Notes under the pieces: generated by a model
Database searches by the model: none
The model's input: only the letters and a program-made list of their open reading frames with translations
Told to the model about the DNA's origin: nothing
Made by a program: the position numbers and the translations under genes
NCBI GenBank assembly: GCA_043228905.1
Contig: JBHGNT010000015.1
Coordinates: forward strand, 7,316,001 to 7,380,000
Source of the DNA: Azolla caroliniana
Lineage: Eukaryota; Plantae; Polypodiophyta
DNA: 64,000 nt
Direction of reading: 5' to 3'
Shown here: positions 38,671 through 49,800 of the stretch, one piece after another
How the letters are laid out: each line of letters starts with the position of its first letter
How positions within the stretch are numbered: the stretch's first letter is position 1

Positions 38671-39311
38671 CTCCCAGGCCGGAATGTCGTTGTGTGTCGC
38701 ATTCGATGCTGCATCATTCGCTCCTTTGACATAGCTCCAGTACCCATGTCCAAGAAAGTACGAGTGCATCTTGTACAACCAAGATGCATAGTTGCTTCAA
38801 TCAAGTTTCTCCGTTGGAAGGGAGCTTCCCATAGCTCTGTCCATGTTCCTGTCTTTTCTTCTCCGGTAGCCAAGGGTTTATTCTTGTGCTTGTTCGCAAT
38901 TACATGTGGAAACGTTATGTTAAGCACATAATACACAGTCAATTATTTAGAAACACAACAATTAGGTATACGTAGAGATGCGATGAGAGTGTGACAGAGA
39001 TGAGTAGACAACACAATCACTAAATTCAAAATAAGAACACTCTGCACATGCAATGTGCTCAGTGAGAATTATTTATACAAGTCCTCAAAAGGATTGACAT
39101 GTACTTCAATGCTCATAAATGAGCTACTAACATTGATGCCTAAAATATTCCTACAAGGAATATTGATCCTAACGGCTTGTCGCCCCTGGTAGATTTGGCC
39201 TACCCGATCATACTCCATTCAATTCGGCTCCCGGCTTCTTCATCCGATCCGGGCCTAAGTTGAGCTTGCTCTCGCAATAGTGAACATCCCCATCTCCTTG
39301 CATCATAAACT

Positions 39312-42300
39312 TGTTGGCCGGTCAAAAGAGCAAGGACAAGTGGGAAGGCGGATCGGATAATAGGAAGTAATAGTAGAATTATTATTCGGAGGGACGGATT
39401 CGGTACAGTTGTACCGATCCGGATCCGAACCGATTCGGATGTCGGTTGCCTAAGCGCACCGATTGTAACCTTGCCGGATGCCTATAAAAGGATCCGATGA
39501 TTTGTAAAGTTTTTTTACGGAAGTAATACAATAGTAATTGTTGTGTATTTATCTGTATCTCGTATTGTTTGCCGTCCGTGCTTAATTGTAATCATCTTAT
39601 GCGTGGAACCTAGCATCCAATCCTTACCACCCCTTTGGAGAAGTGTCGGGTAGACACCTGTGTTGAGGCTAGTCCGGCCAGACAGACAACACTATTTTGG
39701 CGACCACGATTCCTGCAAAGTGCAGAGGACAACCGGGGGATGGATGTCTAGACCAAACGACGACCACATCACCGAACGAGGGAGACGATACACCGAACGT
39801 GAGCAACGACGGGAAGCCCTGCAGCAAGCCGTCGACGAGATCCGGCGGGATCGGTCATTCTCCAAAACACTTCGGAGAGTCGCAGAAGAAGCACTACAGT
39901 TCCGGGTTCTGCAAATCCCCGACGAAGGCAGTAGCATAACAAGCCTGCAAGAGGCGGAAACGATACTGCAGACGCTCGCCGCGGGCGACGGGGACTCGGA
40001 AGCATTCGCAACACTTGAGGCGGAGTCGGAAAGCGACGGAAGCGTTGCATCCCGGTATAAAAGCAGCCACGACACACCAAACGACCGGGAGGACGAGGGG
40101 TCAGAAGACTCAGTAACACCGGCGCCAGAGGAAGAAATAACCCTGGAATTCGGTGACCAGCAACCGCCGAGGAAGGCTGACCGGATACCGACAACAACCG
40201 CGAGGGAACCGAAGGAGCGGATACCGACAACACCCGCGGAGGAACCAACGGACCGGACACCAGCAACACCCGCGGAGGAACCAAAGGTTCTCACACCAAC
40301 GCCAACAGCGGATAGGGAACAGGAGAGTCAGTTGGACGACACGATGCCGTACCCATACCCAAAGTACCGGGATGAGGCCGACGCGGAGGCACACGTGTAC
40401 GCATTCCTCCAAACATGGGAAGCCAACCATATCTCCCAAAGACTGACGGAGCCCGAAGCCGAACGATCCAAAATCGCCGAATTCGGCATAACCTTAGAAG
40501 GACCGGCGGCCCAATGGCACGCAAAGCACTTACCAGGCACCTTTGCAACATTCGATGCCTTGAAGGCCAGATTCCTCAGGTTTTTTCACAGACAATTTGA
40601 GCAAAGGGAATTGGTCGGGCAGTTCTACACCACCCGGCAGGAAGAAAACGAGACTATGCCACAATTCATCATTCGGTTCCAGACCCTGCACAGCCAACTG
40701 ACAAGAGCACCACCCGAAGACGAAGCCAAAGCAGTCTTTCTGGCCGCACTGAAAGAGCCACTTCGAACAATGTGCGGAGTCCTTGATTTCCAAACCAGCA
40801 CAATGGACCAAGTTATTGATCGGGTTTTAGAAATGGACAAGGCTAGCCCCTTCTTGTCGATGGGGATGTTACATCGGGCACTCCCAAAAGAGGAAGACCT
40901 GAGGTTCCGACAGGCCTTACAATGTACAACATGCCTAAATTCGGGGCACTCAACAGTAGACTGCACCCTGCGGACACAATGTGTGATCTGCAACTCTCGA
41001 GCCCATACAACGGACCGATGCGAATACAACCTGTTAAATCGGCAGGCAGCACCGGTTCGACACATAGAACCGCGCAATCAAAACCCAGACGAGGATCGAT
41101 TCCGGAGAGACAACCGCTACCAACGTGAACGCGGTAACAGATACGCTGATAGAAGACGCGACAACTATGACCGAGAGGAGAGACGCAGAGATAGCTACCC
41201 CCGGGACCGGTATGATAGAGACGAATCCCCGGAAGACGACAGACGCGGAGAAGAGAGGCGACAAGGATACGCTGATAGAAGACGCGACAACTATGACCGA
41301 GAGGAGAGACGCAAAGAAAGCTACCCCCGGGACCGGTACGACCGAGACGGAGCCCCGGAATACGACCGACGCGGAGAAGAGAGGCGAAGAGGGAACCGAA
41401 ATTTCCAACGGAATCAGAAGCGTGGATTTTTCCGAAGAGAGGAACGTCGGGAGGCAGCAAGGAATGACAACCCAGTATCCGTACCGGATAACCGAAAAAC
41501 CGAAGACGACCGCCGGAGCATACCCACCCTCCAAACCGGGGACAAAGGAGAAACGAGCAACAGTCACAAGGTGTACTGTTATTACTGCCGCAAGGAAGGC
41601 CACTATAGTAACCAATGCCCAAGCAAAAGCTATGACAAGCAGCCGGAAGTCAACATGGTTACAGCCGAAATAACAGAAGTACAGCAGGTCACAACCCGGT
41701 CAAAGGGAAAGACCGCCGAGTGGGAGGCCCAGGAGGCAATCAGAAAACAAGCGACACAATGGATCAAGGAGGCCAATGAACAGAATGCGGCAGAAGTAAG
41801 AGACCAAAATATGCCAAAAGACGAAGAAATCATACAGCCAGGCGAGAACCCGACGTGGCAAGCGCTACAGGACTATCAAATCGTGTTGCCGTTAGCACGA
41901 CTACTACAGTTAGTGCCACGATTTACGGCAGACCTACAAGCATCCGTCAGCAAACCGAAGCCGACGCCAGCACCGGCATTCTTCTCCAACCCAGAGGAAG
42001 GACCAGCGGTGGTCGATACAAGTAGCCCGGCAATCACGGCAATCGTGAAAGGAAAGGAAATTGCTGGAACGATTATTGACGGAGGCTCCGGGGTAAATGT
42101 CATCAGCCAACAGACATGCAACGACCTGGGCATCCGGGAATGGGAACCATGCCCCTTCTGGTTACGCATGGCGGATACTAGCTCAGTCCGACCGACCGGG
42201 CTTATCCGGGATTTGGAAATCACGATCGGAGGCCACGTATTCCGGATATCGGCCGTGGTGCTGCAGCTGAATGTACAAGGCGCGTACCCCCTACTGCTAG

Positions 42301-43893
42301 GACGACCATGGCTGCGAACGGCGCATATCAAGCAGAACTGGCAAAAGAACATGATCACATTCCGGCGAGGGAAAACAAAGTTACGAGTAACGATGCAACC
42401 ACGGGTGATCACCAGTAAGGAAGCATTGTCGGCGGAAATAGCCCAAGCAACGGAGAGAAGGAAGGAATTAGAGGAGCTAAGGCGGGAAAAGCTGGACCTG
42501 ACCAAGATCAGGAATGAAGAAAAGGAAAAATCGACCTTCACGATCAGCAAACTGCAGAGTACCTATGAAAAGCAGAAAGCAGATTACGAGGCCCAGGCTC
42601 AGATAATGGCCGACATTATAAAACGGGCAAGGAAGGAAAAGCAGGAAGCTTATGCGCATGCTAAGGCAGGAGTTGACCGGATCAAGCTCATCATGTCAGG
42701 ATGGAGTACCCGAGCTCAGGCAAGTATCAACGAAAGTACGGAAAAGCTATGGAAGGAGTGGTCACAACAGGCAGCCGAGCTGCAGACACTCCGAGCGGAT
42801 GCCGAGAATCGGAAGAAGACCGGTGACAGGTTCTATAAGATGGATGAAGAAAGTATCGTCACCATTCGGGAGGAATTGTCGGAGGATTTCTACACTTTAG
42901 CAGAAGAACACCTCAAAGAAATCCGAGGGTTGGTAGAGAGGTTGGATGACGGGCAGCTCGCAACTCAGTTGGAGTTGGAGAGATACGAGCAGGACCGGTT
43001 ACGACAGGAAGCTAAGGAAAGAACGACACCAACCACTATTGGTGAGGGAACGCGACCGGATGAAGATGAACCAACTGACCCTGAACAACCCCGACGAGGA
43101 ATACCTGAAGACGAACTTGAAGAAGAGCAGGAGCGGACCGATGCCGGAGAAGAAGAAAAGCTGAGACCAGAAGACACCAGAGCAGAGGAAGGAGGCATAT
43201 CAAGTCGACTAGTCGAGACCGGAGAAAGCGACACCGGTAACAGAACAGAGCCAGGAACGGAGGGAGAACAGGAAGAACCCGGACGAAGCGGTGAGGAAGC
43301 ACCGGCACCACGGAATCAAGCAGAGCCGGAGCAGAAAATTTTTACGGAACAGCTTACCCAACAGGAGGTCGGAGACCAGGCAGGCAAGGAACGGGAACAG
43401 GAGGAAGAAGCACCACTTGACACTATCGAGCAAAGTGTGCTCGATATTTTGGAGGAAGACTGAGGCCGGGTGTGGATTCGAAGTGCAAGGCACTTTCCCA
43501 CGGGCGTGCCATGTGTTGGCTGGTCAAAAGAGCAAGGACAAGTGGGAAGGAGGATCGGATAATAGGAAGTAATAGTAGAATTATTATTCGGAGGGACGGA
43601 TTCGGTACAGTTGTACCGATCCGGATCCGAACCGATTCGGATGTCGGTTGCCTAAGCGCACCGATTGTAACCTTGCCGGATGCCTATAAAAGGATCCGAT
43701 GATTTGTAAAGTTTTTTGACGGAAGTAATACAATAGTAATTGTTGTGTATTTATCTGTATCTCGTATTGTTTGCCGTCCGTGCTTAATTGTAATCATCTT
43801 ATGCGTGGAACCTAGCATCCAATCCTTACCACCCCTTTGGAGAAGTGTCGGGTAGACACCTGTGTTGAGGCTAGTCCGGCCAGACAGACAACA
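39312..43893 (+). mobile_element. Young non-autonomous Athila-like Gypsy G1
   Basis: Perfect TSD AAACT. 380-bp LTRs 39312-39691 and 43514-43893 with about 3 visible differences. PBS TGGCGACCAC at 39698. Confidence 0.97.
39744..43463 (+). CDS. Intact Gag-aspartic protease fused in frame to the coiled-coil C-terminus of the 3' extra ORF (no RT, RH or INT)
   Basis: Open frame from the first ATG after the PBS. Gag core (LEGPAAQWH), three CCHC knuckles, PR IIDGGSGVN...LLGRPWL. After TSKE (about 42422) the sequence matches the extra ORF instead of the RT linker seen in G2. Confidence 0.9.
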   Translation: MSRPNDDHITERGRRYTEREQRREALQQAVDEIRRDRSFSKTLRRVAEEALQFRVLQIPDEGSSITSLQEAETILQTLAAGDGDSEAFATLEAESESDGSVASRYKSSHDTPNDREDEGSEDSVTPAPEEEITLEFGDQQPPRKADRIPTTTAREPKERIPTTPAEEPTDRTPATPAEEPKVLTPTPTADREQESQLDDTMPYPYPKYRDEADAEAHVYAFLQTWEANHISQRLTEPEAERSKIAEFGITLEGPAAQWHAKHLPGTFATFDALKARFLRFFHRQFEQRELVGQFYTTRQEENETMPQFIIRFQTLHSQLTRAPPEDEAKAVFLAALKEPLRTMCGVLDFQTSTMDQVIDRVLEMDKASPFLSMGMLHRALPKEEDLRFRQALQCTTCLNSGHSTVDCTLRTQCVICNSRAHTTDRCEYNLLNRQAAPVRHIEPRNQNPDEDRFRRDNRYQRERGNRYADRRRDNYDREERRRDSYPRDRYDRDESPEDDRRGEERRQGYADRRRDNYDREERRKESYPRDRYDRDGAPEYDRRGEERRRGNRNFQRNQKRGFFRREERREAARNDNPVSVPDNRKTEDDRRSIPTLQTGDKGETSNSHKVYCYYCRKEGHYSNQCPSKSYDKQPEVNMVTAEITEVQQVTTRSKGKTAEWEAQEAIRKQATQWIKEANEQNAAEVRDQNMPKDEEIIQPGENPTWQALQDYQIVLPLARLLQLVPRFTADLQASVSKPKPTPAPAFFSNPEEGPAVVDTSSPAITAIVKGKEIAGTIIDGGSGVNVISQQTCNDLGIREWEPCPFWLRMADTSSVRPTGLIRDLEITIGGHVFRISAVVLQLNVQGAYPLLLGRPWLRTAHIKQNWQKNMITFRRGKTKLRVTMQPRVITSKEALSAEIAQATERRKELEELRREKLDLTKIRNEEKEKSTFTISKLQSTYEKQKADYEAQAQIMADIIKRARKEKQEAYAHAKAGVDRIKLIMSGWSTRAQASINESTEKLWKEWSQQAAELQTLRADAENRKKTGDRFYKMDEESIVTIREELSEDFYTLAEEHLKEIRGLVERLDDGQLATQLELERYEQDRLRQEAKERTTPTTIGEGTRPDEDEPTDPEQPRRGIPEDELEEEQERTDAGEEEKLRPEDTRAEEGGISSRLVETGESDTGNRTEPGTEGEQEEPGRSGEEAPAPRNQAEPEQKIFTEQLTQQEVGDQAGKEREQEEEAPLDTIEQSVLDILEED

Positions 43894-46839
43894 AAACTAA
43901 GTGTCATAGAAGTTAAGTCCTATGACACATATCGAGTAGGTAGTTAAGTTTCTACCTCTTTTTCAAGTGGTGGTTGTAGTGAGAGAACGTAGAGAGCAAG
44001 TTACTACATAAGCACCTTCTCCTCCTTTTTGTAATTGTTGGTTAGTTAGCTATTATTCTTGTTAATATAGTTTTACTATTTTCTATATACACTATGTTTT
44101 CTCTCTCTCACACACACACGCATATCTACAAACATACATAAACATTATGCTGCACAGAACCACTCTTGGTTCTTTACATGGTATCTGAGCAATTGGTAGC
44201 TTAATCCAAGCCTTCCGCGTGTGTTTTGTATATGTCGACGCTCATGAAGAACTGATCAATCGTTGTAGCAACAATTTCCACAGTTCGTATCAAAGAGAAG
44301 AAGGAAAAGAAAACCCACTCCATACAAATCGATTATCATGAATACTTAGATGGGAAGCGCTCCTCCCACCGAGAAACTCGACAGAAATAACTTTGCATCT
44401 TGGGAGTACAAGATGCACCAATACCTTGTTGGCCAAGGCTATTGGAGTTACATCGAAGGAGCACAAGAAAATCAACGCAACCCGGCACATGCCGACCACC
44501 CAGCTTGGGAGCAAGCGGCCAGTCGTGTGTTGTACTGCCTTGCATCATGCATGCATGATCACATTGTTACAAAGGCACTCCGGCTCTTCTTAATGCACAA
44601 CGGATCGTGATGTGTTGGATCGTTTTGTGTGCTCAAGATAGATAAGGAAAGGGGGAAGGAGACTTACCTCTGTAGCAACCCAAAGGCTTCTATTTCATTA
44701 CACGCAAAGAAACCTCTCTCGTCAGTTTTCTTCTTCTCTTACAACTACTCTCATTACTCTCTCTCTCTCTCTCTTACTTTTTTAACTAAGTATATAAGTG
44801 ACTTACATATGCAGCTAATTAGTTGTGAGTAGCTAAATAGTTGTTTGACCTACATGCCTAATAGTAGTTAATTTCCCAATAGCTACTATAGAAGATCTCA
44901 CTTACCAATATGCACCATATGCTTTTGTTGAGCTTGTTTCTCAACACTCCCCCTCAAGCTCAACTTATCCTTTCTTGAGATCATCTTCAATCTTCTTTCC
45001 TTCATGCTTTTCAGCTATCATACCAATGGTTATAACTCCCATCATGTCCCAAAACTATGTATGTTTTTCTATGCTTAGTTCCTTAATAAGAATATCAGCA
45101 ACTTGCTGATTTGTGTTTATATATAGAAGATCCACTTCTCCATCAATCACTTCCTCTCTAACAAAAGTGATAATGCACTTCAATGTGCTTTGTTCTTGCA
45201 TGGAACACTATGTTTTTTGTGAGCTGAATGCTACTCATATTGTCACACCAAATTGTGATTGCACCATCTATATACTCTCCCAAATCAGCAAGCAATCTTC
45301 TTATCCATACCTCTTCACAAGTGGCTATTGCATCTCCTCTATATCCAGCTTCAATACTTGATAATGCAACAGTAGCTTGTTTCTTGCTACTCCATGAAAT
45401 AGCTGCACTTCCCAATGTAAACATATATCCACTTGTGGATCTTCTATTAGTTTGGCTTCTAGCCTAATCAGCATCTGTATATCCTTCCAACTTTATGTCC
45501 AAATCGGCCCTGTAAAATAGTCCATAGTTCTGAGTAGCTTTTACATACCTCAACATTCTTATAATGCAGTCCAAATGTGGCTTTGTTGGCTGTTGCATAA
45601 ACTGCTTCACTAATCCAATAGCATAACTCAAGTCAGGTCTTGTTATAGTCAAATATATGAGGTTCCCCACCATAGACCTGTACATGTTTACATCATCTAT
45701 TTTGTCTCCCAAATCAGCCCTCAATTTGCAGTTCTTATCTAGTGGTACATCAATAAGTTTGCATCCAAGCATACCATACTTCTTCAACATAGTTGCTACA
45801 TACTATTTTTGCAACATATATATACCACTTTCAGATCTGATCATCTCAATACCAAGAAAGTATCTCAACTTTCCCAAATCCTTCATATAAAGTTGCATTT
45901 CCAAGTTTTTCTTTAGCTTATTTATTTCATCCATAAAATCATCTCTGATGATTAAATCATCTACATAAATCAAAATCACAACAATGCAATCATTCATCTT
46001 CTTTACATACAATGATGGATCAACTTTTGACATTTTGAAGGAAAGTTTTTCAGAGATTCTAAAAGTTCCTTGTGCCATGCTCTAGGTGCTTGTTTCAGTC
46101 CATAGAGAGCCTTTTTCAGTTTACAAACATATTCTGGATGCTTCTTATCTTCAAATCTTGGTGGTTGGCCACATATATACTTCCTCTTCCAAGTTACCAT
46201 GTATAAAAGCATTTTTTACATCCATATGGTGCAGAACCCATCTTTTGGCTGCACTTACAGCAAGTAGTGTCCTCAAGGTTGCCATTTTTGCAACCGGTGC
46301 AAATGTTTCATCATAATCAATTCCTTACATCTAGGCATATCCCTTTGCCACAAGTCTTGCTTTATGTCTATTTACATTCCCATTGGAATCATGCTTTGTT
46401 TTGTAGACCCATTTGCAGCCTACAACATTTTTTCGTTTTGGTAACTTTACCAAATCCCATGTTCTATTTTCAGCCAATGCATCTATTTCTTCTTGCATTG
46501 CATTCACCCATTTCTTCTGAGCTTTTGCTTCATCAAAATTATTTGGATCAAGGATTTGTACCACTTTAGACATGTATGCATAATGCATTGCCATGTATGT
46601 ATCATAACCAAATCTTTCAACTGTTTTTTTCTCTCTATCTGATCTTCTTAGTTTCTGCTTTGCATCCTTCATTGCTTTTTCCACACCATGGATTTTCAAG
46701 GCTCATATTCCCAGCTCATCATCCAACGATGTAACTGAATCTACATCTTCCATGTTTCTAGACCCATCATCAAGCATTTCATATTCTGGCATCTTCTGTT
46801 TTGCCCTTTCTTGTTAGGAAACAGGTCCCTCCAGATGGG

Positions 46840-49800
46840 TGTCATGAACACTACTGAGACAGAGAAGGAATTAGTACTAAACGAAGGATTAGTACTATGA
46901 GAGGTGTGGAACTTCTTCGAGAGAAGGAAGAAGTGAGCGAGACAGAGAGAAAGAGAGAGAGTGAGAGAGAGAGAGTGATGATAAGAAAGATATGTATTAT
47001 ATGAAGAGAATATACAATGGTGGCTAAAAGGCTTAAGACTGGCGTTGAACCAATTTGGTTCAACATAATGCCTAGTGCCCTCTTTTATAGTGTTTTCAGG
47101 AGTAATCCTGAAGCTTCTAGAATGTTCCAGAGAAATCTGGAATATACATTAATTTCCTATAATAAAATGTAAATGAAAATAATATCCTACGTATTGCAAT
47201 AGATGATCTAATGGTCAAGAGCTCGACCCATATAACCTAAGGTCATGGGTTCGAGTCTTGCCATATCATGACACTATCCCCCCTTTAAAACGACGAGTGT
47301 CACGAGTCGTCTTGGATTGAGGACCTGGTTTGTGTGGATATTGACGATGGAAGTCTTCAAGAAGAGCACGAGCATTGGTCACATTCTCGATCGGTTCCCA
47401 AGTACGTTCGCTGGGGCTATAGCCTAGCCAATCGACTAGATAGTAGAGCTTGTTGCGAACAATCTTGGAATCAAGGATGGCGGCAACCTCGTACTCCGGC
47501 CCATCTTCAAGCTCGATCGGGGGTGGAGGTTGGATAAGACATCCTGGGATGGTGCTCTCGTGGTAGGGTTCAAGGAGAGAACTATGAAACACCGGATGTA
47601 TCCGAAGTTGAGGAGGTAGATCGAGACGAAAAGAGACATCATTAATCTATCCAATAATACGGAAAGGACCTAATCGCCGATAATCTAACTTCTCACATGG
47701 ACGAGTAGTCTTGATGTGTCGTCGTAACAGCCACACCCGATCTCCAATATTAAAACTGGATGGAAGTCGATGACGATCCACGTAGACTTTGTGTGTTTGT
47801 TGAGCTTGCTGGAGATGAGTAGATAAATCCGCTTGTATCTTGCATAACTGCTCCAAACGATCCTCTGCGCACGGATTTGTGGACACCTCTGGGGTTTCAA
47901 GTACACTCCATCGGGGGTGACATCCCGTATAAGCATAAAATGGCGTAACTTTAGTGGACGCGTGGATAGAGTTGTTATAGGCAAATTCGGCGAAGTGGAG
48001 AATATCTGCCCAGTCATCTTGATGTTAGCTGAGAAAGCACCGCAGATACTGCTCCAACGTTTGATTTGTTCGTTCAGCTTGGCCGTCAGTTTGTGGGTGG
48101 TAGCCGAAGGAGAGGTTACAAGTGACCTTGAGCATGTTAAAAAGGTGCTTCCAGAATTTTGACACGAACTGGGGTCCACGGTCGCTGATGATACTATCGG
48201 GAAGTCCATGATGCCGACATACTTCACGCATGACAATTTCGGCAGTGTCTTCACTGGAGATCTCCTTAGTACATGGCAAGAAATGAGCCATCTTTGTATA
48301 TCGATCGACCACCGTTAGAATCACATTGAACCCCTTAGAGACTGGAAGATCTGTGATGAAGTCTAGAGCAATGGACTGCCACGGCTTGCTTGGAATTGGT
48401 AATGGTTCTAATAAACCATATGGATGATGCCTTGGCATTTTCGCTCTGCAGCATGTATCACAAGTCCGAACAAAATCCTCGACAAATTGTCGCATATAGG
48501 GCCACCAAAATGATCGTTGTACTAAATGTAGTGTTTTAGTACTACCAAAATGCCCAGCTGTATATGTGTCATGACAGTTTTGTACTACTTGAAGGCGGCA
48601 AGAACCATTAGGAACATACAAAAGTTCTTTAAAGAAGAGTAATCCATCATGGTATTTGAATTGCCGATAGTCCGTATCTGGTGGTTGCGACTGTGAACAC
48701 AACGCTCGAGAGGGATCAATTTGTGCTAGTATAGCTTGGGCGAACGCATCTGTCTTCAAGTCTTCGCGTATGGTATCGATAACGCGGGAATCGATGGGCA
48801 TGTCAAAGATCTGTGTTGCTTGTAGTCGTGCCGGTCCCAAGATGACTTGTTTTTGGTTATCGAAAGCTGGCTCGCCGAGACGGGGTGCTAGATACGAATG
48901 TCGCGATAATGCATCTGCCTTCCCTTGGTGCTTCCCCGGACAATATGTAATTTTGAAGTCGAAACGCGTGAGGAAGTGCGCCCACCGAGCTTGACGTCGA
49001 TTCAACACACGAGCATCCTGAAAGTAGGCAAGTTTCTTGTGGTCACTAAATACGGTGACCGGATGAGAGGATCCCTCCAGAAAATGCCTTTATTGCATAA
49101 AAGAATCCACTATTGCCAATAGCTCCTTATCATGAATTTCGTAGTTGATTTCGGTGGCGTCAAACTTGCGTGAGTCAAAAGCCACAAGATGTAGCTTCTC
49201 ATCATTCCCCTGTTGTGACAGAATGCTCCCCAATGCAAAATCTGATGCGTCAGCTTCGATAATGAATGGTTTTTTCGGATTGACATGAGCTAAAATTGGA
49301 GCCGAGGTAAATGCATTTTTAAGCCTCTCAAAAGCCACATCCGTTTCTTCAGACCAGATGAACGGTTGTCCCTTCCTGGTAAGTTGTGTGAGAGGTAGAA
49401 CGATCTTTGAGTAATCTTGTATGAACTTCCGGTAAAAATTGGCAAAGCCTAGGAAGCATTGCACATTCCGCACCGAACGCGGAGTCTGCCATTCTACCAC
49501 CGTTTTGACCTTAGCTGGGTTCATGGAGATGCCTTCTGATGAAATGATGTAGCCGAGAAATTCCACTTGGTTGCATCCGAAACTACATTTTTCCAGCTTT
49601 GCATACAGACCATGTTCTCAAAGTCGTTTTAGTACTAATAGTACATGAGAATCATGTTCTTCTTGGGTCTTTGAATAAACCAGTAGATCATCCAAATAGA
49701 TGATCAAACAATCATCCAAAAGATCTCGGAATATATCATTAGCCATGTGTTGGAAGATTTCCGGTGCATTAGTGAGGCCGAACGGCATGACCGTATACTC

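Larger units (their letters stand above)
28741..39277 (-). mobile_element. Degenerate Copia family B element B5, sharing LTR 28741-29030 with B0
   Basis: PPT (rc) 29031-29040; RH, RT, INT and gag remnants 29465-38845; a diverged LTR at about 38905-39277. Hosts G5, S3, A2 and the hAT MITE. Confidence 0.8.

Noticed and set aside
40843-42550. Long antisense ORFs opposite gag and pol (also 589-1272, 12409-13239, 60687-61876)
   Set aside because: Shadow frames of purine-biased coding strands, with no recognisable motifs.
39312-43893. G1 actually oriented on the minus strand, with the 3' motif as its true PBS
   Set aside because: gag-pol is on the plus strand directly after a plus-strand PBS in both G1 and G2, and there is no PPT at the other end either.
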